Below, piece by piece: positions 37,138-48,100 of a DNA stretch of 64,000 nucleotides. The position numbers were made by a program, and so were the translations under genes. Each line of letters begins with the position of its first letter. The stretch's first letter is position 1. A model generated the notes under the pieces. It did no database searches, had not been told where the DNA came from, and saw only the letters and a program-made list of their open reading frames with translations. The stretch is from Dicyema japonicum (taxonomy: Eukaryota; Animalia; Dicyemida): contig RDEW01000023.1 of NCBI GenBank assembly GCA_011109175.1, positions 862,468 to 926,467 of the forward strand, given 5' to 3'.

Positions 37138-37679
37138 TTCCTGTTTAGTAATTGCGAGGAGAATCCACTTTTGATAACTTTTTATGGAAGCCTCTTTTTT
37201 TCAAAAAGTGAATATTTTACGAGAAGGATCTCACTGCAAAGTTCAGTTTGTTTCCTGAGTCTAATTCTTTCAAATCATTGGAGTATCTTATCAGACAGAC
37301 GACTAAAAAAATCTCAATATTCGATTTTATAACACTGGTTGGTACCAAGAAAAACTTCCGACATGGCTTAGGGTAAGTGAAATGTTCAATGTTGACGGCG
37401 CATCTTAGTTGCATTGAACCATCAGCAGAATGGAAATGACGAGACTCGAATAAAGGGCCTTAAGGCCTTATGTCAGGCACTCGTTACACGGGGTCACCAG
37501 GAAATGAATAGTCCTCTATTGTATTCGAGATGATATCATAATGTCTACAATAAATTACTGAATTTAATCAGCATAATATAATCCTTCAAATACCTTCCTG
37601 TATATTAGGAGTTAGATATGTGAATCTATAAGTAATTAATTCTTGTGGTGATGAACACGATTGTTTTTACTAATAATAG

Positions 37680-38760
37680 TGGGAAATTCCCTCGGACTTT
37701 CCTGTGAATAAACCGACTGGACAAAATATTGAGAACGCAGACGAGGTGGTCCGAGGGCTGTTAAGAGTACAAGAAATTGATCCAAATTCACCAACTGAGA
37801 GCAGAACAAATATCAATCTCTCCAAGCGATTATCGGCCAGGCAAATAAGGAGGACAAAGTTGATTGGGTGTGTGAGGTTTTCTGATATCCAAGGCATGAT
37901 TTGGAAGACTACCTCGAGGAGGATGGTTTTTATTAACGAAACCCTTCAATGATAAATTTCATACGTTGACGTTAGTAGCAAACTTAAAAAACTTAGTGAA
38001 ATCCGAAACAGTGTGTACCATTGGTCAAAAGGATCTGGAAACTGGGAAATGTTTCAAAAAATCAGAAATATCGTACTACAAAAATGGTATAGATGAGCAA
38101 TAGTCCACAATTCAAGTGAGGTTAATCACTCACGATGGTAGGAAACGTACAAAGAAAGTGCAATACCAACTTCTTAGAAAGGAGGATTTAATTGCTTTTA
38201 ACGCCACAATAAATAATTATATAATGTAATCTCTACCAACAAATATAAGCGATATTACGGATACTGTTTATGCTGGACAGCGGGCGTATGAGGCTCTCTT
38301 ATAATGTGCCTGAAAGAAGATCGATTGGATCCACCATATGGAAGCCAAGCTTACAAAACTGAGAAAGCAGCTTGAACAAATAACAGAGAAAACTGGACTG
38401 AGAGGAAACCAAAGATAGGACGATGAATAGATACTTTGTCAATATGGATACCGAAAGTCAAAGAAAGGTGAATTAGAGAAAATCAGCGCTTGTATCCAGG
38501 ATTACATAAAGATTGTGAGAAAAGACTTCGAGTACATGAATCTAGAAAGGAATTCAGAAGACATAATAAGTGTTTCGAACTCAACCTAAGATATTTTTAT
38601 CGTGGTTTAGATGAGAGGCATGGCTGTATAAACGTGACGGTGAAAAAAGCACTTTCCTATGCTGAAAAAAGCACATCCCTACCCATTTTGGAGCCGACAA
38701 GTCTCACTAGAGAAAATGGCAAACGCGTCGATAGGAGTACAACATTTCCTTTTGCTTTTT
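37680..38760 (+). mobile_element. HERO/NeSL-like element, decayed N-terminal (pre-RT) region
   Basis: RLRVHESRKEFRRHNKCFELN.RYFYRGL, the pre-RT motif of this clade. Confidence 0.6.
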
Positions 38761-38859
38761 AAGACACAACATGTTATAATAGATACTCTCCGAAAAATTT
38801 GCCCGCTTCAGTCTAGTCTTCATGTTCTAGCCGACTTCAGAAGATAAGGATGTACCTAA

Positions 38860-38992
38860 CCATTTCGAGGAGCATTGTTTGTCCCGTTGCTCTTTAGAGG
38901 TGAGGAATCCTTGGCTCTAAAGCGGACGATCTAGTCCGTCGGATCGGTTCAAAGATCCAAGGGACACCAAGGATCCACTTAAGACGGAATGG
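38860..38992 (+). ncRNA. Candidate structured RNA of unknown class (four-way junction plus pseudoknot)
   Basis: Five perfect Watson-Crick helices plus an outer 8-bp stem with one G-U pair; details in findings. Confidence 0.45.
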
Positions 38993-39340
38993 CTTTGAGA
39001 GATTAAAAATGTAAGTACACAAACTAACGAATAGGATTTCAATGATTTAATATTTTTTAAATTTTCAAAACTATAAATCAAAATACAATATCACGTTTTA
39101 TATAACTTCATTTCTTTATCTTATTTTAAACTTTATTTTGACATGCACATGTCATTCTCGCCTTATGTTGAAAACGTCATAACGAAATGCGAAAAAAATT
39201 ATGTTTTGAAATGCCTCACAAGCTTCTGGAAGAACGGAAAGCATTTGTTTTGAGCATCAAATATAAACAGTCATTGAACCATTCATATCTTACGCATGTG
39301 GTATATGGGTTCCATTCATCTCTTAGACAAATGTCTTGAA

Positions 39341-39700
39341 CAGTGGTTCTCAACATTTTTGGTCTCCGAGCCAAATCAATAACTAACAATTGGTTCGCGG
39401 GCCGCAAATTTAAAAAAAAATTAAACTTTATTAACTGAAAATAATGTGAGAATTGAATCTGCTTTACTTGGACTATTCTTTCAAAACAGTTTTATGACGA
39501 CGTACGTAAGAGTTGCATAAGATGTTCATAAGTTAATTGGTTGCGAAATTTGGTTTTGATACGTGTGAGTCGGCTGAACAGATCTTCACAAATATACGTT
39601 GATCCAAATACAAACGCATTTTTATACGCATTCGTAACCAAATGTGAGAATAGCTTGCTTCATAAGTTTCCCTTCAATGTAGGGTTTCATATGCTTTACG
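39341..39700 (-). mobile_element. 3' end of a related Buster-type hAT
   Basis: TIR CAGTGGTTCTCAAC preceded by GTCTTGAA; minus strand encodes FGSTYICEDLFSRLTRIKTKFRNQLT, paralogous to 2383-2757. Confidence 0.8.
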
Positions 39701-39789
39701 ATAAGATGTTATCAATGACACCACCAAAAACAATTCGACGCGTAATGTTCTTCGCCAAGTTAATCGGGGATATTGTTATATTATTCTGA

Positions 39790-41870
39790 GAGCATGGGTA
39801 TCTGGATTATTGCACCATGGGCGGCTATCCGAGGGATGTACTGGATTGTTTGAAAAGTCTGATAGTCCAAATGAAATCCCTATGCCCAACTATAAATACC
39901 TCAAAGTGTGAAGTTATCAATTTTGGATTTCCCCAGCATGAATGGGACTCGATCCTTCCGATGTTCAGAGATATCATTCCGAAGGCCACAGAAACCAAAG
40001 CAAAACAACTTGAAATACTGGAATCAGTAACACTCAGAACAAAAGAACAACAACTAAAACAGCATTCAGACGCCTGGAGATGCTGGACGCACATACCTCC
40101 TTATTCTTTCTAAAAACTGAACTACGTTCTTCGTGGAGGGGGGAGTCACCCTGATACCTGAAAATGCAACACCTCGATGCTATCGATTTCCTCTCTTCGG
40201 ATCACTATTGAACGCATCACAATGTGAAATTTGACGGCCGAGGGTGGGACCAAGCGACCCTACCGTTAGTCTGAGCGGATTGGGAATCCCATCACTTAAT
40301 GATCAGGTCGGGACCCACCATGATGACGATACTGTCAGCATCGGCATCTCCACCAGACTTGGAATGGAGATTTGCCGGATTCAAATTCTAGTGTGGCGGC
40401 AGCGTCGACTGTTATAGACTCCATGCCCTCTCTTGTCGGACAAGTGCAGGACGATTCCCAAGACACAAGGCGATCAACGGAATTATCAAGCGATCCATGG
40501 AGTCTGCGTGTTACCTGCCATACTTGAACCTGTTGGCCTGGACAGAGGAGACGGAAAACGTCCTGACAGAATCACAATTTTCCCATTCGAAGAAGGGAAA
40601 CTTTTTGGTCTGGGATGCTACTTGTGTCGATGCAACTGGATGCACTCAGGTATGTCTCTTATGTGGACAATCGAATATCTGGAAATTTGAAATTAACTGC
40701 ACGCCATGTGAATCATTCGTCCATTTGGGCTCCATCAAGATGGGTTAAGCTTGCGCCGAGACGCTGTCGAGTTAGCTGTTCCCTCTAGTATTAGAAAGGA
40801 GGTCCCCAGGCGAAAAAAAATAGTTCAGCCAAACTTAACACTACCGCTTACTGACCACAGTCTCTTGAAGATCTCGAACCTCCGGAAAGCCAGGAATATC
40901 CCAGTGAAAATCCTTAAAGGAGTACCTATTGCCGCAGCATTGTGTTTTTCAGATGCCATTGATCACGCACTTCTACTGAGAGTTGGGAATCCTGGATAAA
41001 ACTCATATGCTTCGCACCTGTCGCACTCGGAATACCTACAACTGAATTTGAAAAGAATTATAAAAAAACAAACTCCGGCTCAACTATCCGGGAAACTGAA
41101 AGGAAGCAAAATGAATTTTAAGCAGTCAAAACAACAAACTCAATACTTGAAAAGCCACTTAATGTCAATGAGGTCGAGACCAGAGGGGCATACACCAAAG
41201 AGTAAACCGGAAACTTCTGGAGGGCGATGTGCGTCAACCATACGGGTCATCACGTCGATGACACAGTATTGTCTTGTACCCCCGAGCTCCTGGATGCCTT
41301 TAATATTTAGCACCCAGATGCACTGATTTACTATGGAAAGTTTTTGAATATTGAAGAAACCACGGAGATAATATAACCGAATCCGAAGTCGCTGCGCAGG
41401 GTTATGTCTATGCAATATTAAGGAGCGTCAAGAGCAGCGGAGGCTTGGAAGGGTTATGTTTATGCCATATTAAGGAGCTTGGGTCCACTTACACCTCGAA
41501 GCTGGACGCTGTCTTGTCAAATCAATTACGGACCTAATCAGAAAAATGGTTAACGGTGACATCTCAGAATATGACTGAGAATTGCTCTTCTCCACAGCGC
41601 TAACATGCTTTCAAAAAACCAAATGGGGGAATCCGTCCCATTACGGTCGGAAACTATTTCAGATGACTTGCACAAAGGTAGCATCGACCCTGGTGAGCCG
41701 ACAACTTGGAAGGGAGTTCAATCCTAAACAGATGGGTGCTAGTATCCAGAACAGATGTGAGGCTGCGGATAATGCAGCAAGGCGTTTCTTCACACAGAGA
41801 AATATTTCAATTAACTGCATTGGAATCAAGTTGGGCATAACGAATGTCTTCAATTCTCCCAGAAGAGATA
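39790..41870 (+). mobile_element. CRE-clade pieces: late RT/RLE part (39.8-40.63 kb) followed by an N-terminal/early RT part (40.64-41.87 kb)
   Basis: 40310-40630 closely matches the reverse complement of ~840-1170. Downstream: Cys-rich CLLCG..C..C..H, W.KL..FA..AL, P.QMG...RCEA...AARRF. Confidence 0.75.
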
Positions 41871-41950
41871 CTTTTATTTATTCTATGATTAATAAAATTC
41901 TAAATTTCTGGTATTTTTTAAATAAGAAAAAATATCATTTTATTAACTTA

Positions 41951-43607
41951 CAGGGTTTTCCTATTTATTTAATAACTTTGTCATAAAATTTAATAACTTT
42001 GTCAAAAAATTTAATAACTTTGTCATAAAATTTAATAACTTTGTCATAAAGTTTAATAACTTTGTCATAAAATTTAATAACTTCGTCAAAATATTTAATA
42101 ACTTTGTCAAAATGCTAAATAATTTTGTCAAAATGTTTAATAACTTTGTCAAAATGTTTAATAACTTTGTCAAGGGTCAAATTAAAAAAAACCAATTTTA
42201 TAATTAATTGAAAAAAACAACTGTAAATTAAAATTCTTCATAAGCTAATGCTTTAACTAAATAGCTCCGCATGTGGCTATACAAATTATTGCACACATCT
42301 GATGGAATTTCTCCGATGTTTTGGATTGCGTTTATTAATTCCTCAGAGTTCCTACAATTTTTCTTTTTGATGTTATTTTTCCAAACAGAAAAAAACTCTT
42401 CAATTGGATTGAGTTGAGGAGTATAAGGAGGCAAAAAATACAATTCATACCCTATACACGTTAAAAATTAATTGGATACCAGTTCCGAATACAACATTTT
42501 TTAATTGCTCGCTCTTGTGAATTGATGCATTGTCACATATCAATACCATGTCTTAAATATAATATATAACCATACTTTTTTTCCCTGCATGTTCAAGCTT
42601 ATAATTAAGCTGTATTACAAAATCAATGAACGTCTCTGCGCGATAAGGGGAGGAATTGATTTCGTAATGTAAAAGGCCGTCCACAGAAATAGCAGCACAA
42701 ATAGAAAAATTTTTCTCTCTTATGTTTCTAATACATTTTTTCGGAGTAACTCCTTTTATAGATCTTCCAAATTTGGATCTCATAGAACAATTGACTCCCA
42801 TTTCGTCTATAAAAATAAGCCGTTGATCAATTTCAATTATTTTTCTGGCAAATCTATATCTTTCTTCCATATTTATTGTAGAATTTCTCGCCATAGGTAC
42901 AAATTGAATCTTTTTAAAACTATATCCAAATGTATCTAGCGTCCTATTTATTGTCGATAAAGAGACATTTTTTCTTTGCACATCAAATAAAGAATTTTTT
43001 AAATTTTCAGAGTAAATGAAGCATCTTCTTCAATTTTTTTAGTCAAAAATAAGATGTCCGATGAATTAAGTTTTTTTTTTTCGTCCTCAATTAATTCTTA
43101 TTAAAGCAAAACATCCTGTATTTTTGTATTTTTTGACGATAGAAACAACTGTCTGATAGTTAATACAGATGTCTTTTCTTATTTTTGAATAAGCTAACCC
43201 TGCTTCATATTTATTTATAATAAGTTTTCGGTTTTCTTCGGATACAGTAGTATTTTTGTTTTTGTAACTATTCATTTAATTCATTTTGCACAAAAATTTG
43301 TATTTATAGGAACTTAATAATCCAATATATATAAATAATGATCTAATAAATATAAATAATGATCTAATAAAAATAAATAATTATCTCAATAAATATAAAT
43401 AGTAATCCCAAAAATATAAATAATAATCTTTACTGAGTTATTAAACATTTTGACAAAGTTATTAAACATTTTGACAAAGTTATTAAGTATTTTGACGAAT
43501 TATTAACATTTTGACAAAGTTATTAAATTTTATGACAAAGTTATTAAATTTTTTGACAAAGTTATTAAATTTTATGACAAAGTTATTAAATAAATAGGAA
43601 AACCCTG
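41951..43607 (-). mobile_element. Tc1/IS630-type DD34E transposon with long, internally repetitive TIRs
   Basis: TA|CAGGGTTTTCCTATTTATTTAATAAC...GTTATTAAATAAATAGGAAAACCCTG|TA; TIRs are built of 21-bp units (TAATAACTTTGTCAAAATGTT-like), about 10 on the left and 7 on the right. Confidence 0.95.
42228..43275 (-). CDS. Tc1-family transposase with two micro-introns; N-terminal part has a TGA and homopolymer frameshifts
   Basis: HTH N-terminus, FIDEMG, ICDNASIH, LPPYTPQLNPIEE; introns at 42552-42575 (24 nt) and 42452-42479 (28 nt). Confidence 0.85.
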
Positions 43608-43609
43608 TA

Positions 43610-44960
43610 TCTTTCAATGCTTGTTGTTAACGCCAAGTTTTGTATGCTTCTATTTTTCCTCGAGTCGTTGTTCGCATCGCTATATTATAGTATATTCTGT
43701 TTTCTCGGTGTTAATTTTTAGGAATGATTTTTCAAATGTTTTTTGCCAATTTGTCGATAATACCTTCTAATTGGTAGTCTGCTGCCGTGAGATCTATGGC
43801 ATCTGCGAAGATGACTTCCGTTATATGTCTGGGGATATTATTCATGACTTCTAGTAGGATTTCCTTCAGATTTGTGATGAATAATACCGAGGATAGGGCG
43901 TCTCCTTGAGGGGTGCCTTTCTTTGTTCCTAATACACTGGAATTCTGACTTCCGAACTGGATAAATAGTTGAGTGGAGGAGAGTAGACAACGAATTATTC
44001 TGATGCAATCTTCTTGAATAGTGGTGTTAATAATTGTATCATCTTGACTACACTGATTGAGTCAAATGCCTTAGATAGGTCTATTCCCATTATGGGGTAC
44101 TCCCTTTATATTTTGGCATGAAGCACACATCCATTTGTGGCTCCAAACAGCATCGAAGTTTATCTTCTAGAGACAAACCCACTTTGGCTAGCTTCGATAA
44201 ATCAACGTAGTAGGGCTTTTATTCTGTCTAGAGCGATTCGATAGAATTTTGCTCAGTCATGTTTGATTGGTCTTAAGCTGTTTAGCTATCCTTTTTCCAT
44301 CCCCGTTTTATGTAAGGGGATTAATTTTCCGATTTCGATGTAAATTCTGGAGTGTTCCTCAAATGTTTTGTTCGGATGTGAGTAATGAGTTTTGAAACTC
44401 TTCAGGAGCGTAATTTATGAGTTCTGCATTAACAAATCTAGGCCTGGGGCTGTTAAGTTGTTTAGTCTAGTCACAGTTTTTTAACTTCTGTTAAGGTTAT
44501 CTCTGGTGATAGCTTTCTGGGGAGTCCATCAACGGATAAAGCGTTTTTTCGTTATCAAAATTGAAATATTTTTCTAAGTGATCAACTATTTCTCGCATAA
44601 TTTTATTCTTTGGATTTTGAACTCAGTTGCTTTCAATTGGTTGTGCGTGTTCATGTATTTGATACGTAGATCCTTTTGTAAATTGTAGATGTGATCTATA
44701 TGTGGGTCGTGTATACCTTTGATTGTTTTGGGAATTTTACCAATCGTGTGATTAGCCACTGATTTTATTTTGTAACGAGTTTATTCCATAAACTTCCATC
44801 AGGTAAATTGAGATTGATCGATTATATGGTATGCGATATTTTAGCTGAATAGTTATTTCTGTAGATAGAATTGTTTCTTAAGAGTTTGACAGCGTATCTA
44901 AGTTCTCTGTGTCTGTTTTTGACTCTGTTAATCCAAAATCTTTCTTGAGAAGTTTGATTA
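43610..44960 (-). mobile_element. RTE-like LINE RT fragment, same family as the array's plus-strand fragment but inverted
   Basis: Reverse complement matches ~48.55-49.65 kb and extends further into the RT (GTPQGDALSS.LF, VIFADA); 22-bp tandem duplication at 44941-44984. Confidence 0.85.
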
Positions 44961-45186
44961 CCTTTCTTGAGAAGTTTGATTACCTTTCCTTATCATTACG
45001 GATAAACCAACAGGGAAGATCTATACCGAATTAGAGATGTTGAGGCAAACCCTAGAAAGTCACAATAGTTTAACTCAATAAACAATCTAACATTTTTTTG
45101 GAACGGAACTCGAAGGTAGAATACCTCTGTTTTTTGATACACCCTCTGGATTTTGAACACTTCAAAAATTTTATTAAAAAATTAAT

Positions 45187-48100
45187 AAGAACCATATACA
45201 AACAACCAGGAACCTACAGACACCATAGCTAATCACTTCGAAAAATATTTCAATTTTAATAAGAAGAATCACTTTATGCGTTTGATGGACTCGACAGAAA
45301 AGATATCACCAATGATAACCTTAACAGAATTTTAAAAACTGTGACTAGACTAAACAACTTAACAGTCCTAGGCCCTAGATTTGTTAATGCAGAGCTCATA
45401 AAATACGCTCATGAAAATTTTCTAAACTCATTACTCACATTCCGAACAAAACATTTGAGGAATACTCCAGAATAAAATTGGAATCAGAAAATTAATCCCT
45501 TTACATAAAACTGAAAAGGAAATAAAATAGCTAAACAGCTTAAGACCAATCAAACATGACTGAGCAAATTCTATCGTAATCGCTGTAGACAAAATAAAAG
45601 CCCCACTACGTTGATTTATCGAAGCTAGATTTATTTCTTGCAGAGATAATTAGGTCGTCTGCATAGGATAAAAACATAGTGTCCTGATCATTGGTAGTAG
45701 CTAGGTCATGTAGAAAAAGGTTGAAAATAAGAGAAGATAAAGGGGAGCCTTGCAGAACCCCATTGTAAAGTAGTCTTAATTTTGAAGAGTTTTGTCAATT
45801 CGGACCCTTCCGCGTCGTCAGTTAAGAAGTTTTCCAGCCATAGCTTGATGTTTGGGTGTAAGTTCGAGTTAAAAATCTTTTGAGTTAGGAGTTTCCTCGG
45901 AACATATTCAAAGGCCTTCTGTATGTCGATGAATATCTAAGGCCGTCCGTAAGTGTGTTCTCATGTTGAAGCCGTAAGTAATAAACTGCAGTGTGCTTTT
46001 TAATAATAACTTTACTAACGTTGTTTTGCGGTGTGTTTATTATTAATAACAACGATCTACAAGAGCTATACTATTAAAATTTTGAAGAGGAGATTAAGAC
46101 AGTTCGCACATCTATATAAACATAAAAGACGTCAATTCCTTACCATTCTCTAGCTTTTGATTACTCTGGAAATGTGTTTATACAGATCTCTATTACATTG
46201 AGAATTGAGCCATCAAAATTTCTAACATGCTATACTCGTTCGACTTGACAAGGGTCAATAAGACTGAGAGACAAAGGCTTAGGTATCTTCCGAATTTGGC
46301 TAATCGATTCTAACTTCATGCTTTCGTCTTTCTTTAGACAGTCTCTCAGTTTTTTGTTTAAGGATAGCTTAATTGCAGTTCTAATCTTTTTTCCGAGGTA
46401 TAAGCACATATCACAAAAGAACCAGTCCTCGCATCAATAAAGTACTCCAAGAAACATGAGACTTGTTTTACAAATATTACTGAGTCTTACAAAAAATCGT
46501 AATACCATCTTAATTTGAAGAATACAAGTTATGGCTGTTGCATGACAAATCAGTATGGACGAGTTTATAATTATTATCTGATTCTTGTGGCTTAGTGATC
46601 GTTAAGTAGGATGACCCAAATCAAATATTTTATCACTATGGGTAGAATCTTGGTGTATACCTAGTATTACTAGTTCTATCTGTTTATGCAAGAAGGTCAA
46701 CAGATAAAAGATAGTCTCAATTTCTTCATCTTCGCAACAATTATAAAATAGAATCGAGAGACTTAAATCAAAATTATTTCATTTATAAATATATACGATT
46801 CAAATAAAAAGATTGTATTTCAAATTAACTCGAAAAATATTGATACTTATAAAATGAAGTTTAAATACTATAATAAAATGTATTTATATAAAACGTGATA
46901 TTGTATTTTGATTTATCGTTTTGAACATGTAGTTTTGTTGTTCAAAAATATTAAAATTAAAGTCATATTTTTTTGTTTGTGTACTTACATTTTTGAAAAT
47001 TTTTAATTTATTCTTGGCAAAATGATTATTCATATTATTTCTTGGAAGATCGTCTGTATTATATCCCCTAAAGTATTATAAAAACTTACTTATTATTATT
47101 TATTAAAAATTCATAATGTGACATAATTTCACTACTCTCGAAACTATAATAATAAAAATAAGTTTATACTAATAACGTGCTGATGAATACTTTGTAAATC
47201 GGATATTATCAATTTTTTCAAAATTATAAATTAAAAATTTGATTCTGTTTTTAGTTTTATCAATAAAATCGTTTTTTAAAAAATTCTATTATATTAAGTA
47301 ATCAAAAACTTTGAATATTATTTCATATGAAGTTATTCTGATAAATGTATTTACATTATTGGTTATCTCATTATCTCTATAAAAATTTAAATTTTTTTGA
47401 CAAACCTTGTCGAATCGATAAAATTTGCAGATATTATTGTGAATGAATCAGTAATATAATAATTTCTATTGCTGGATTTAAAGATATCTAAATCTTTCTA
47501 TCAATGTTTATAGTAGTGTAATACATAATAAATATGAACATTTATTGGATCTGACATTACATTGTTGAGTTTATTGCATGTTAATATACGTTGAATTATA
47601 CAAGCTTCCATAACCAACTATATAAATAAAAAACTATAAATAATTTAATTTAATATAAATTATCAATTATTAGTTTATATTTTTAAATTAAACATATTTG
47701 AACAATTATGCTTCCTTAAAAAAGTTATCACTTCTCCGCGATTATTTTGGTTGAGGTTGGTGACGCATCTCAAATTGCACTAATGTCTCTTTCACTCTTT
47801 CGAAACTCTCTCTTCACGCTAGCATCCTTCAACGTTCGAAGAGTAAAGTCGTCGGTCAAAAGAAGTTCACTCTGCCAGGATTTGAAACAATACAAAATTA
47901 CTAAGAGACCAAAGTCCAAGAAGGATTCAACGAACAAAATGCTGACCATGACCTTATCATGTTTCCTTCCAACTGTCATCACTAAGGAAAGGGATTTGCG
48001 GTAGAAATCAAACTCCGGGAATATATATCAAGAATATGGAAAGTGAATTACAGAATTTGCGTAATTCAATTAGAAACTGGATCTAACTCTACAATTACAA

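Noticed and set aside
38881-38969. Canonical tRNA, including a CTA amber-suppressor reading
   Set aside because: No valid anticodon stem-loop geometry, the T-arm is non-standard, and TAG appears to act as a normal stop (Atos-like gene).
41961-42173. ORF MTKLLNILTKLLN... and a CRISPR-like look of the 21-bp repeats
   Set aside because: The units are contiguous with no spacers and form the internal repeats of the Tc1 TIR (mirrored at 43436-43590); the ORF is a by-product.
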